A DNA stretch of 64,000 bases, from positions 93,312,001-93,376,000 of the forward strand of contig NC_045697.1 in NCBI RefSeq assembly GCF_009834535.1, in the 5' to 3' direction. The DNA is from Camelus ferus (lineage: Eukaryota). The position numbers and the translations under genes were made by a program. Positions 38,748-52,185 of this stretch are shown here, in pieces. The number at the start of each line of letters is the position of its first letter. Positions within the stretch are counted from its first letter, which is position 1. The notes below the pieces were generated by a model. It was not told the DNA's origin. It searched no databases and was given only the letters and a program-made list of their open reading frames with translations.

Positions 38748-39959
38748 AAAGAATGTGTAAATATATATAAGTTAGTGAGAGTGGGAAGGAACCAGAATAA
38801 AATAGCAGAACAATTTATTGCCAATCTTTCTATAATATTAGCAAATTCATTATGATCTATTGTAAGAAGACTGTTTTGCCTTCCTTGGTTCCACTCTCCA
38901 AAGTCCCTAAATATTAAGTCAATAGAACAGAAACTTCGAACTATAGATCCAATTTAACTTCACTGCTCAAGACATGCAGTACAGTTAATATAATCTTAGA
39001 ACAAAAAGAATCCTTAGAGATTGTCTAATCTTACTCTCTCATTTAAGCCTGTGGAAATGAGTTTAGCAATTGAACTAAGGTCATGCAAATTCAAAAAAAT
39101 ACATAGAAAATCTTTATGATAAAATGTAAATTAAAATTATAAAGCAATTGGTATTATTAATTTATTTATCTGTAAGTATGTATAAGAAAATCTGTCTTTT
39201 AAAATTATCGGTCTATTATGACATGATTCTTGTAAGTTTAATGAATTCAGAACAAATGCTTCTCAATATTTCAAATTTTAGTTTGTCATCCAAATATTAT
39301 AATGATAATTTACACTTATATAAGTAGCAGGAATTTTCTATTGTGGAAGGTATAAATTATGAGCAAGGGACAATTGTAAACCCCCAAAGTTCATCAAATT
39401 CTCAAAATGTACATATGCAGGTTGAAAAAACTTCTTGCCAAAGGGAATTGTGATACCACCCCATAACAGGACTGACCTTTTCAAGTAAAACAAAAGTCAC
39501 TGATTTGTAAATAATAACTTTTAAATGCCTGAATTAGTTATTTATAATGAATATTGAAATCATTCAGTGAAATAAAATACTAACAAACTCTTCCATATAG
39601 TTATAATAATTTTACAATAAAATGGATCAAAGCTAACATTCACTTCTGATGTAAACTATTCTAATTATGCCAGGGGCCGTCCCAGGTTTGGTAATTCATT
39701 AAAAATACTCACAAAACTCAGTATCAGGTTAGTTTTATGGTTAAGATTTATTACAGCAAAAGCTACTGAGTACAAGCAGTTCTATTGCTAAATTATTAAT
39801 GGATAGTAAAACAAATGATTTGTTTTTTATTCACAGACATTGCTTATCATTTAGATACATAATTTAAGCATATGGAGATACTCTATTTTCTGATTTCAGG
39901 CTCACAACTGAATGGTGCAATGATTCAGTGTTTTAACTGGGATTAAAAAAAAACGTTTC

Positions 39960-40442
39960 ATTACTAATCTTGTTTGCTCTTTTGCTCCTTTGCTAACCTG
40001 TAGTCTCTCTTCACGTAGCAGCCATAGGTGATACTGCTAAATCTTTAAAGAGGTTATTGCTTTTTCTTTTCAAAAACTTTATTGGCCACCAATCAAATAA
40101 AAAGGTACAGCCTTAACCATTTGCTTAGAAGCCTGTGTGCCTTACTCCTACTACATCTCTGACCTCATCTCTTCTCTGTCACACAGACATCCTTATGGAA
40201 ACGTCACAGGTACATTCCTACCCCTAGCCCTCATATGATGCTTCTACTCTCTGAAAAAAGTTTCCCCTGAATTATATAATATGCTTTTGATACTATTTAT
40301 TGTCTTTCTCACAGTCCTAGAATGTAAACTCTGTGAAGCCAATACACTTTTTAAAAGTTTTACCCATTGCTTTTGCCCCATCCCTATAAATGTACCTAGC
40401 ATGTAGTAAATGCTCAGTAAATCTTTGTGAAATGAATGAAAA
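39960..40442 (+). mobile_element. L2 3' end
   Basis: ctagaatgtaaactctgtgaag...tacctagcatgtagtaaatgctcagtaaatctttgtgaaatgaatgaa is the canonical L2 terminus. Confidence 0.8.
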
Positions 40443-41124
40443 ATGATCCTCAAACATTTTATAATGGATATGCTTATGTCTTATGGACAAGCCATAATTC
40501 GCTTTGCCATTTCTCTAAAAGAATTAAAAGCACTATCCCAGAGATTTTAAAAGAGTTTTTTGGAATTCTCTGAGGTATATTATGGGGAAAGGTATTTTGC
40601 TAATATTTTAACAAGTATTTTCATAATACTAGTTCCTTTTTATTGAAGTTTTATCAATATCCAGAACACTAGCTATACAGTTGTACATGCCACATAACAA
40701 AACAAAAGCATCTATAAATATTATTAGACAAGAGCATCTATGTGTATATATATATATATCATTTCCATAAAAACACGTATGTGTACTTACATAATTGTTT
40801 TCATGACAGTAAAAATTTTTTGTAAAACAATATAGAAAAAATTGGATGATTTTTGAGGAGGCGGCTCTCAAGCTATGAAGGTGAGAAAGCTACCTTAGCC
40901 TGGTTCCTCCACATAAACTGTTTCTAGTACTCCAAGAAGAGTAACCTTGTTTAAACATGGGGAAAATAGAAATAGATTCTAAAGCCTGACACATACATAA
41001 CAAGATAAATCATGAAAGCGAACATCATAACATACAGACAAGAGAAATACAAAAAAAAAAAAAAACAAAGAGAAACCTAAAAGAGAGAAAAATTCTAACT
41101 TCACATTTTAGTTAACATTTGTTT

Positions 41125-42420
41125 TTATAGTTCATTATTTTAAAATAATTTTAGATTTGCAGAAAAAAATGCAAAATGTTACAGAGAGCTTCAGTACACT
41201 TTGACCCAGCTTGCCCTAATATTAACATCTTATAATTCAAAATCAAGATATTAAATTTGGTACAATGTTATAAACTTAACTACAGACTTTGTTCAAATTT
41301 GCCAGTTTTCCACTATCTTTTATTCATTTCAGGACACTGTCAAGAATCCAGCTGCATTAGGTTGTCATGTCAACTTAGAATCCTCCCATAGGTAACAGAT
41401 AATCTTTCCTTGACTTTCAATGACCTTACAAGTTTGAAGACTAGTTTTCTTATGTTTTGTAGAATGCACATTATTAAAGTTTGCCTAATGTTCTCTCATG
41501 ATTAAATTGAAGTTATGTATCTTTGGAAAGTGATATGTCCTCCAGTGCATCCTACTGGGGTATATGATGTGGATATTTTATTATTTGTGATGGTAATCTT
41601 GATTATTTAATTAAAGTAATGTCTCCTGGGTTTCATTACTGTAAAGATATTATATTCGCTTTGTATTTAGTAAATATCTTAAGGGAGATATTTGAGACTA
41701 TGCAATTATCTTCTTTATCCTCAGAGTTCCTCTCATTAATTTAAGCATCCACTGGTGGATGAGAGATTTCTCTCATCCGTATTCTCTCTTTCATTCTGTC
41801 TTTTCCCATCCACCTCCTAAAGGTAACCAATCTTATTATTTATGAATTATCTTTTCTGTGTCTTTCATACAAATGAGCAGATTCATGTTGTTTTATATCT
41901 CCTTATTTCTTACATGAAGTGTAGCATACTGTGTATGTTCTTTTGCATTTGGCTTTTTTCATCTTATATGTTGGAAATCATCAGTTCTTCTTTCCTATTC
42001 TTTGTTAAAAATGCATAATACTCCTTAATGTGGGCATTTATATGTTTTTCAAGCATTCTTATTTATATACATGGGCATTTAGATTGCTTCTAATATTTTG
42101 CAGGTACAAAAATACTGTAAGGAATAACATAGTGCATGTATGTTTTCTTACAGTTAGGGGGTGTAATTTTAGGGCAGATTTTTAAAAGTGGAATTTCTGT
42201 GTCAAAAAGTAAGTTCCTGTGTAGTTTTGTTAGACTTTTCCAACCTTTCCTCCAGAAGGGCTGTATGAATAGAGTTTGCATGTTCACCAGCAATAAATGA
42301 GAGTGTTGCTTTATAGACTCACCTGCAAAAATGTCACTCCTTGTCATTTCAAACAGTCTGATAGGTAAAAAAGGAATCTGAGTGTTATTTTAATTGGTGA
42401 TTCCCTAATTATGAGGAAGT
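41125..42420 (-). mobile_element. L1MC/L1ME-like fragments
   Basis: aaataattttagatttgcagaaaa...cccagcttgccctaatattaacatctta; gggcatttagattgcttc; aaaagtggaatttctgtgtcaaa. Confidence 0.7.
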
Positions 42421-44129
42421 AGATAGTTGAATATCAGATAGTTGAATATCAATGTATATGGAAATACATTAGTAGTGTTAAAAAATTAGCCCTAGTTTAA
42501 AGGCTGCCTTCACCTAACCTAACAAGGCTTAAAAACAGACCATTTTGTTTCCAGGTAACTGAACTCTGTCCCAAAACCAGGCTCAAGAATATTTATAGGA
42601 GTACATAAATATCCACCACCTAACAAAATAAAATTCACTATGTTCATCATCAAAATTATCAGGGAAGCAAAGAAGCAGAAAATAAGACTCACTGGACAAA
42701 GTCAGTCTCAATAAAAATAGACACATAGGTAACACATGCACACAAAAAATTAATGTCAGATTTAATATTATGATGAATAAAATGCAAGGTGAATAATTTT
42801 AAGTTAAAAAAATTGCTTATTTAGGATAAAGTTAATTTTATTAAACACATAATGCAATGATTGGTAGTTACTGCTGGACATAAAATTGTGGGTTTTTTTA
42901 TGTTTTTTCTTATATATCTATATATAGTTATCAAATCTATAATTATTTAGTTTTTACTTTTTGCATTTTATTTTAGATAATAATCTAACATGTGTATTGT
43001 TTAATTTTATATAAATATCAAGACATATTTCAGTGAATTCATCTATATATTTAAATATAAGATTATAAGTATTTATTCATAGAACACCATAAATTTTATA
43101 AAACTGGATGGAACACATACCTGTACGTTTATATTTTAAAACTAACCTTAAGTAGTACAGAAATAATGTAAATTTTGAGAAATCTATTTTATTTGTGATC
43201 AATGAGTAGATAAATATATTGTCATTACATTTGTCAGTGTGACTGACAGCTGTTGTTTTAATATATTTGGGAAATTGAATACCCCTATTTGACAATGCAT
43301 TTTGATCTAAATATCTATGTTGCTGACTTCACAAATACTAGCATGATCAAATGGATTAAACTGAACTCAGTCTTTGTGTCTACTTTTCTGTACCTTTCAC
43401 TTTTTACAGAAATTACTAATATATTTTTCTCAAATCATCTCTGTAGAATCTGTTGATAAGAAAATTTACCAAATGACATTTATCAGAACTTTTCAGATAG
43501 ATAAAGATTTATTTACCACTCATTTCACAAAAGAATTTAATAAGGAAATTGCTATCCATACTGAGACATAATGGAATTCAAACAAAAGAGACTTCCATGA
43601 AAATAACACCACTGTTATCGAAATGTGAAGTCCATTAAGTTTTGACAACTTCTCAGCTATTAATTTTCTAGAGTAATAGGATAATTTGCTTTTATGTGCT
43701 GCTGTTTTAGAGGGGCAAAAGACTAACATATTTTGAGAAAATTTATAAGAAATATTCTAAGTGAAGTGTTTTAATTTTGACTTATAAGTCATTTTGCCCT
43801 TATATAGCAGAATGCTATTAACATAGCATTCTTTCAGTTATTACCAGCTAATACTTAAAATTTCTCCAAAATGTTCATGGTAGCTCTGAGTCTTTTCCTT
43901 ACCTCACTACTTGAACTTTAAAGGCATTGTAATCATATCGTTAACCAATGAGTCTTCAGGGAGTAAATTCACATTATACAAATGTTTCCATGCCTACCAG
44001 AAATACTCAACGTATCAGGAATTTAGATATTAGAAAATGGATTGTCTCTTAGGAAAACTGGTTTGCTGGGAGAAATTATTGAACTGTATTTTTTTTAGTT
44101 TAAATAAATTGAATAAATTTATTTTAAAA

Positions 44130-45449
44130 TATGGAATATTCTTGAAAACAATGAAAGAAAAATAAATCAATTGAAATATATTCCTTGTTTGTGATCGAAG
44201 CACGCAGTATTATTCAGATGTCAATTCTTAAATTGATTTAAAGATCCAGTGCAATCCCAATAAAAATCTCAGCAAGTTATTTGGTAGATATCAACAAGCT
44301 AATTTTAAACACTGAGTGGTCCAGACAATACTGATAAAGAACAAATTGATGAACTCACATGTCCTAATATCATCATTTATCATAAAGCTACAAGAATCAA
44401 GAAAGCGTGATATTTTAAAAATGAATAGACACATAAACGGAATAGAATAGAGAGTCCACAGGTTTGATTTTGACTTAAAATTCATTTTGACTTATGATTT
44501 TGACTTACAAGTCCACATAGACCTGTGCAAATACAGAGAACTTAACCTTGGTCAAAAGAATAAAGGCACATCAATGCAGAATCGATATACTTTTAGTCTT
44601 TAGTCTTCTAGTCTTTAGTCATCACCAACAAATGATGAGGGTACAAATGGATGACCAAAAGGAAGTAAATAAATGAAGACACAAACTTTGTACCTTAGAC
44701 ATAAGTTCCCTCAAAAACATTTGTTGCCTTAAATATAAAATGCAAAACTATAAAAATTACAGTGGGAAGTTTAGGAGAAAATCTACTTGAGTTAAAAGTT
44801 GATGATTAGTTTTCACATACAATACAAAATTGCAATCCATGAAAAAAATGGTAATATGGACTTTATTAAAATTTCAACTGTCTATGCTGTGAAAGACAGT
44901 GTTTAAAAAATGGAAAGACCAGCCCTTGACTAGGAAAATAAATTTTCAAAACACACATCTGAAGAAAGATTTGCATGTAGAATATTCAAAGAACTAGTAA
45001 AACTCCACAATAAGAAAATAAACTCTCCAAATTAAAAAAAATGAAATAGGGCAATATGACCTTACTAAATTTTATCTATATATAAATATACATACATATA
45101 TCTATGTATATATCCACATATATGTATATAAATTTATATACATGAAATAAGCATGTATAAATTGCTCAACATTGGGAATTACTGGAAAGCAATATGCTTT
45201 GTACATCTGGGAAAAGCAAATTAAAATACTGAAGGAGATACCCTGCTGATCTGTTAGAATAGCTGAACACCAAAAACTGACCATACCGATTAATTGCTGG
45301 TGGGGATGTGGGACAACAGGAAATCCTATTCATTGCTGATTGGGCTTCATGTGTTACAACCTCTTGAGAAGACATCTTGCCAGATTCATAGTGTCACCAT
45401 AGGTGCAGCCTTGTGCTGCAGTGTATTTACACAACTAGTGTGAAAACAT

Positions 45450-45484
<35 letters not shown>

Positions 45485-45560
45485 GAACATATAGATAAGT
45501 TAAATTTACTAACACTGGGTGAAACCTAGAAGGAAACAAGATGTTCTTCAATAGGTGAAT
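44130..45560 (+). mobile_element. L1 ORF2 3' part/3' UTR remnant
   Basis: attgatttaaagatccagtgcaatcccaataaaaatctcagcaag; aacggaatagaatagagagtcca; ggactttattaaaatt; gctggtggggatgtgggacaacaggaa. Confidence 0.8.
45451..45482 (+). repeat. (CA)16 microsatellite
   Basis: Perfect CA run. Confidence 0.95.
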
Positions 45561-47535
45561 GACAGTCAAGTGAGGCACAGTAGGTGGAGAGAACTGAGGT
45601 ACAGGTGGGCTACAGGCATAGGGTAAGACTACAGAGGAATTCCGACAGGGACCAGAGGAACAGTGTATGAAAACACTGGTTGCCTAGATAAACTAGAGGC
45701 ACATAAAAATGTGGACGAACAGGGTGAAGTACAGAGGATAAACACACTCTCAAGGGATGCAAAAAAAAAAAAAAACTGATTTACTTTGCTCAGTTTATTA
45801 GGTTAACAGATAAGCATTTCTGTTTATATCTTTGGTTCCTGGCTGTGAATAGTAGTGCATCAATTAAAATTGAGGATTCTCCGTGGTAAATTAATATTTA
45901 GTACCTTGTTTTCATATTTCTGTTAATTGATATTTCTGTTAATTTCTAATAATAATTACTATTAATTAGCAACTTAGAATACCCCCAAATTATGGATTAT
46001 TTATAAATTTTAGAATACTCTCCATAATAGGCTCAAAGTAAAATCACAGTGAAACTGCTGTTTTAAAAAATTAAAATTTATTGACACATGACTATGTTAA
46101 ACTTAGATTTTGTGTCAAGTGTTATCCTAAATGCTCATAACTATAAAAAGATCTCTGCTTTTATATCAAAATGTTAATGAAAGAAGTATTTTAATACTAT
46201 GGAAAAAGTAGTACTATAAATCACAATATACTTAAATACAGAATTACAAAATCATCTGAGATTCTATTAAATATGTAATGTCATGACACTGTACAATAGT
46301 GGACCAATAGTAGGGAATGAAATCTTCCCCCACACATACAAAGAATGTTTTGTCTCCCTTCTTATTATCAGAGTATGTAAAATACCAAAGACAACACTCA
46401 CCTAGATAATTCAAGATGAGACACTAGAAATGTACAAATTATAGCCATTGCTCTTAAGTAGGTAATCAGAGTACTGAGAACTTACAGATCCTATGAAGAA
46501 CACTAAAAATTATACACAGTTTGCTCTAAATCAGTCAGTAAGCAATAGTTGTGTTTGCTGTTATTTTGATCATCTCCCATATGCCATGCTTTGTGCTAGA
46601 TTATTTGATTGGATTGTTTCATTTGATCCTTTTAAAAACCTCAGGGTCAGATTTGCCCAGTGTATAGGTCAGATAATTTAAAAAACCATGCAGTGTTAGG
46701 CAGAACACTGAGATTTACCTGTGACTCTAAATAGAGGACCTGAAATAATAAGTAGACATTATTACTATAGTGCAGTTAAAAAAAAAAAAGTTACTAGAGG
46801 ATCCAAGAAGATTAACTATACCGTGCACCTCTTTTACAGCATAATATTAGGAAATAAATTTGGAGAAACTTCCCCAGTATAAAAAAATTTTGGTTAATAT
46901 AGATAGTTTTTTTTAAATGGATAATACAGGATTAATTTAAGGAAAATCTTCAAAAAAAATAGAAGAAACAAAATATACAAATGCAGACAGTTAAGTCAGC
47001 AATGAAGATAGCCTTTGTTAAGGAAACATCTGCTTGAACTTCAATGCTACAAAACCTAGAGAAAGAAAAATGGGATATCAGAGCAAAAACTCCTGAATAA
47101 AGCTGACTATACCAGCTAGATATACTTAAAATATGCACCCTTCACATACACACACACTGTGTAGGTGAATATTGGTATAATTTGTCTGACTCAGTCTGGT
47201 CCCTAAGTCAAGGATAAAGAAAAAGGGAAGGAATGAGGGAGAAAGGGAAGAAGGAAGGTAAAGAAAAATGAAAACAGGAAAGAGTGAGAAGGGGAGTGAG
47301 GAGAGAGGGGGGGAGGCATAAATGTCCTATCAATATCTTTTTCCAAGCATGTTTAAAAAATCTGATGAAATAAATTCCCAGAGAAAAGAAAAAAAGGTCA
47401 AAACTAACCCACAATGGGTAGAGGACAAGGAGTGGAATGTTCTTAAAACCATTAAAGCAATGGAAGAAACAGATTATAAATTTCTGTAAAGAAAACCCCA
47501 GGTGAGTGGAAAGAGAAGATTCAAGGAAAATAATT

Positions 47536-48057
47536 TGTCAGGGAGGGGAAATTTCCTCCTCTATTCTTATTGAGTTCTTGTGCTGGACTAATAAAATTGA
47601 CACAAGAAATACATTTTAATTCATCCTCATGGAGGGCTCATAGAAATGGGACCTAAGAAGTGGCCAAAGCAAGCAGTTTTTATACTTCTCAGACAAAGAG
47701 ACTGTACCTTTGTAAAGACAAAAAAAAAAAAAAAAAAAAAAAAAAAGTGTGTTTTAAATGCTCAATTAGTGGAGAATTTAAAGGGTTTGGGCTTGGGGTA
47801 GTAAATTAAAGAGGTAACAATGTTTGTTTATATAGGCCTCTTGGCCTGAATTCCTTATCCCTGGCAGTAAGTGTGTCCTTCTACCTCCAGATGCAGGGAG
47901 TGCACCTTTAACATGAGAGATTTATTTCCTGCCGTCAGGGAGACAGAAAGGAGGTCAGAGAGTCCCTCTTGCATCAGCATTTGTTAAGTAACTTTAATTC
48001 AATTAATCAATATGCCATTGAGGCACATTTTGGGGCACCCTTCTCCAGGCCCCAGCA
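47536..48057 (-). mobile_element. ERV1 solo LTR (MER34-like start)
   Basis: TG...CA ends with a 4-bp TSD AATT (47532-47535, 48058-48061); minus strand begins tgctggggcctggagaagggtgccccaaaatgtgcctcaatggcatattgatta. Confidence 0.85.
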
Positions 48058-51000
48058 AATTCGAATCCTTTCAAGCTCATAGAGTGAAAGAGTAAGAGGC
48101 TAGAATTATCTTGATACCTATCCCAGACAATGATAACATAAGAAAGGAAATTATAGTCTGATCTCATCTATGAATAGAAATGTAGAATTCTTAACCAAAT
48201 GATTTTAAAATCAATGCCACAATGTATGTAAAATTATAATATGGCATAAGCAAGTTGGATTTTTAAGACTATAATATTGTTTCAATTTAGTAATTGTTAT
48301 TATCTAATTACCAGATGAAAGAAAATAAAGAAGGAACAGATAAAAGAAGAATCTTACATTTATCCCAGTAAATGCACTGCACTTCAATACCTACTAATAC
48401 TAAATCTTATTTATAAAGTAGAGGGTAAAACTTTCATAAACTAATAAACATATCAGTTGTAAAACATTCAAGTATTGCTTTTAAAATAAGAAAGAGTGTA
48501 GGAAACTCTCAGCAATCCTATAAAGTAATGTGCCAGTTCTTGTGACCAGTATAACATGGCCAGATAAATGAACAATATTTAAAAGGACTGGAGAATAGGA
48601 AACCATGTTATAGATTATCGGATAAACCATAGATTATCAAAGCAAAGAATGGCTCTCACTCTCAGGGTGTATACCATTCAAACACTTAAGTGCAGAAAGT
48701 TTTTCTAAAAATATATTTATATTAACATATTAAAAATGGTTTGCCCTTCTGATTCCTTTGCATTATCGTAAAGATGTTCCTACTGATTTGTAATCTGAAT
48801 TCTCACATTTTAATGCAAAGAATTATACACTTAAAAAGTATTACAGAATGTCTAATTTGATAGATTATATCAAACACACCCACATCATACCATGAATATG
48901 TCCTGCAAAAGAATTCACACAAAAATTAAATGAATTTGATGAAATCATGATACAGTCCAAAAGTATTCAGATCGATATAACAGCATTTCTATTTACAGGA
49001 AACATTATTGATTTGTTTCCTGAAGCCTCAATTGTTTAAAAACAAGTTTGATTACTGTCTTGTTCACTGAATGATCTCTTAATTGTCAGGTTTATATATG
49101 GCCACTACTGTTGTCATTTGGATTCAAACATTTCCTTTGCCATTTCAGACAAGCCCTACGTAGTCTAGTTCACAAATCCAATTCATGAGCATTTTTGTGA
49201 GGAGAAACAGAGAAGACTGTGCATTTATTAATCATTTGTTTATTTTCTTTGAAATATTTTTAGTTCTAATTTATTTTAATACATGTTGAAATGCATATCT
49301 ACTTTGTGAGGTCCTTTGTAGATTTCTTACCACACTTGTGACTTTGTGTATGTTTGCATTCACGCTTATATTTGGACTTAACCAGACTTACCACATTCTC
49401 CTACATCCCTTTTTTTTTTTTTTAATTACGTAAACTGTTTATAGAGTGGATGGATCTGAATGCAGACCAAAGACAATCTGATGATGAAGAATTAATTAGA
49501 ATAACATAGAAACTGTTTTGACACTTTACAACTTCTGGTGTGAAACATTATGAAATATAATGTTAATAAATTTGCTTTAATGTGTATAGTCTGCAAATGA
49601 AGTGTTTTATCAGTAGGTGGGTATCTTTCAAATGAAAATGATTGCATATTTTGTTTACTTATTCTCTCAAATTATTGAGATACATTTTTTATGTGAGTAT
49701 GATTTATTTTACTGTAGAATGAAGATCTTTTTTTCAATAAAAAGGACAGGACTGCCTCTTGAATGTTAAAATACTAGGATCTTTTCAGTTTCTTTTTTTC
49801 TTGATAGTAGCCTTCTCTACTTTTCCCTTTACTGAATAATCTATCACTTATTTTCTAAGATTGAATGTATAGTAATTTAAATAATAATTTACTATAATCT
49901 GAAATGTCCCTGAATATTTCATCAATACCTTTGAAAGTTCAGAACTTTAGGAATAATTCTGTTTTTCTGATGTTACTTTTGTATTCTTTATGTGTTTTCA
50001 TTTTTACTTCTGTTCCAATAACTTATTACAAAGTTATGTGGGAATTTTTAAAGATTTCATTTCACTAGCATTTAATTATAGCAACAACTAAGACATAGAA
50101 GAAATGGTTCTAAATTAGAAATCATATGAATGAGAAGCTTAATCTATATATCTAAATTACTTTGTAATTTTAGTAATTTTCATAAATATACAGAAATGTC
50201 ATTTGTACTTCTTGTTCCAATATCACAATTTAAAAATTTATGTAATGGGAAAATAAATTAAGCATCATTGAAGTCAACATATGCCTACTGACAAGAAAAG
50301 AGACCAAGGGAAAGAAGTGTTATTTGACTCACTTGATTTTTTTTTCTTTCAATTTTGAAAAAAAAATGTGAACTCAAAAATCTATATCAATTTGAATTGT
50401 GTTATGAACAATTTTAGCCTCAGTTATTAATTTTCTGAATAGATGGATTTTTTTCTTCTTTTTCAAAAGAGATTGTTTTGTTTAATTTGGCTATAACTAA
50501 CTAAAAGATAATCTCATACATGTAAATATTTAAACATATATTTACATTTATTTTTTAGACCATGAAATCTCAGAAGCAAAGTTTACTGTTCTAAACTAAA
50601 ATTCTTGATTCCAAATCGAAAGCTAAATGTTATTATAGTATGATGGTCCCAAGTGAAATCTCCTTTTTCCTAACACTTATTGCCGTTTCAAGGTAAATAA
50701 TATTGAGTTTCCACAAATCAGTAAGAGAGCTTCTCTTTGTGAACATTTAGGTTCCAATGTCATGAAAAATCTAATGGCAGCAAGACTAAAGAATGCAGTA
50801 ACCACTGATGTGAGTATGACTTTATCCATAGGGGAAGAAGCCTAGGATTGAGATTGCTTTGTCAGATGGCGTATGTGCATTTTAGTGCAATGTAAGTTGC
50901 CAGATTGCTCCGAAGGGGCCTGTGGCAATTTATTTTCCACCAGAAATATACCAGAGCACTGGAAGCAGTAAGTCTTAGGGTTAAGTCTAAGTTTTGCCTA

Positions 51001-51089
51001 CGTGATGATTTTTCTTGTGACATTCCCTTGTGATTTTCAATTATATTTCTTTTCCCACCAATGAACCTGAACATATTTTCTTATAGAAG

Positions 51090-51492
51090 TTCAACATTTA
51101 GATTTGTTCTTCTGTAAACTTCCCGTGGCACAAAGTGCCAGCTCTCTACCTCCCAGGCTTCCTTGGCTGCAGTGTCCACGTGGCTGAGTTCTAGAAACAA
51201 ATATTAACTGAAGTGATGTATACTGTCCCTGGGCCTTATTAGTAAGGCCCCATCAAGCACTTTTCCTTGTTCCTTCACTTTCTGTCTTAGTCGGGTGGTG
51301 GCACCTAGAGTAATTTGGTGTCAAAAATATTAGAACAATTTTAAGTCCCTGAGTGGCTAAAAAGAAGTTGTTACTCTGACCTGAAAACTCATCTAAGAAG
51401 TTATGAGAGAGAGAGAGACAGACAGACAGTTATTTTGTAAGACACTGAATTTTCATTAATCTTTCCACGGCTTAGCCTACAGTAAGTAATAA
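51090..51492 (+). mobile_element. Old MLT1-like LTR
   Basis: cctcccaggcttccttggctgcagtgtccacgtggctgagttctag...aagtccctgagtggct...ttttgtaagacactgaattt. Confidence 0.55.
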
Positions 51493-52064
51493 CTAGCTAT
51501 TCTATTTCTTTACTAATTTTCTTTGGAATTTCATACTTTGCATTGTTACTTTAAGATCTATATGAATACTACAAATATTATTTCTTTGTCATCTATTTAA
51601 CAAATATTTTCTCAAATATATCCTTTCATCTGACAAATACTTAGCATTATTCTTTTAATATTTTTATTTTACTGTTGTTATTTATTCCATTGCATCCTTG
51701 TTATTTTGGAAGATCTGCTATACTTGTTCCTTTTAGTAAATGTTGTTTTCCCTTTTCTTGCTCTCACAATTATATGCGTACTTTTGAAGAACTATGTAAA
51801 AATCCAAATGCCATCTATTACCTCACTGACATAGTCCATTTCTCCAAACCCTCATCAATACAACTTTAATTTCCCCATTTTCTCTTTCAGTGCTTTCCTC
51901 TAAAATATCAAGGAACAAATTTGTTCCTTTCCTTCCCCTTCTTCAAAGTCTAGATTTTACAAAAATATTTTAGAATGTTAATACATTATTATAAAAGTTT
52001 CTATTAAATAATTATAATGACTCATCACTATGAACTATTAGGCAGCCATTAAAAATCAACTAGA

Positions 52065-52185
52065 GGGTGGAGTCTATAGCTCAATGGTAGAGCACATGCT
52101 TAGCATGCACAAGGTCCTGGAGTTCAGTCCCCCAGTACCTCCTTAATAAATAAATAAATCTAATTACCCACCCCCAACAAAAGAA
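52065..52185 (+). mobile_element. tRNA-derived SINE (camelid Vic-1-like)
   Basis: tatagctcaatggtagagcacatgcttagcatgcacaaggtcctggagttcagtcccccagtacctcc...ctaattacccacccc; same family as the copies at 3179 and 26895. Confidence 0.88.

Noticed and set aside
43430..43640. hAT transposase-like 'T(R)WNS' motif or exon
   Set aside because: A single short motif interrupted by a stop, with no other transposase features.
50559..50809. Two adjacent exon-like segments (50559-50692 and 50751-50809)
   Set aside because: The gap of 58 nt is too short for a typical mammalian intron, the first segment has stops in the frames examined, and no homolog is recognised.
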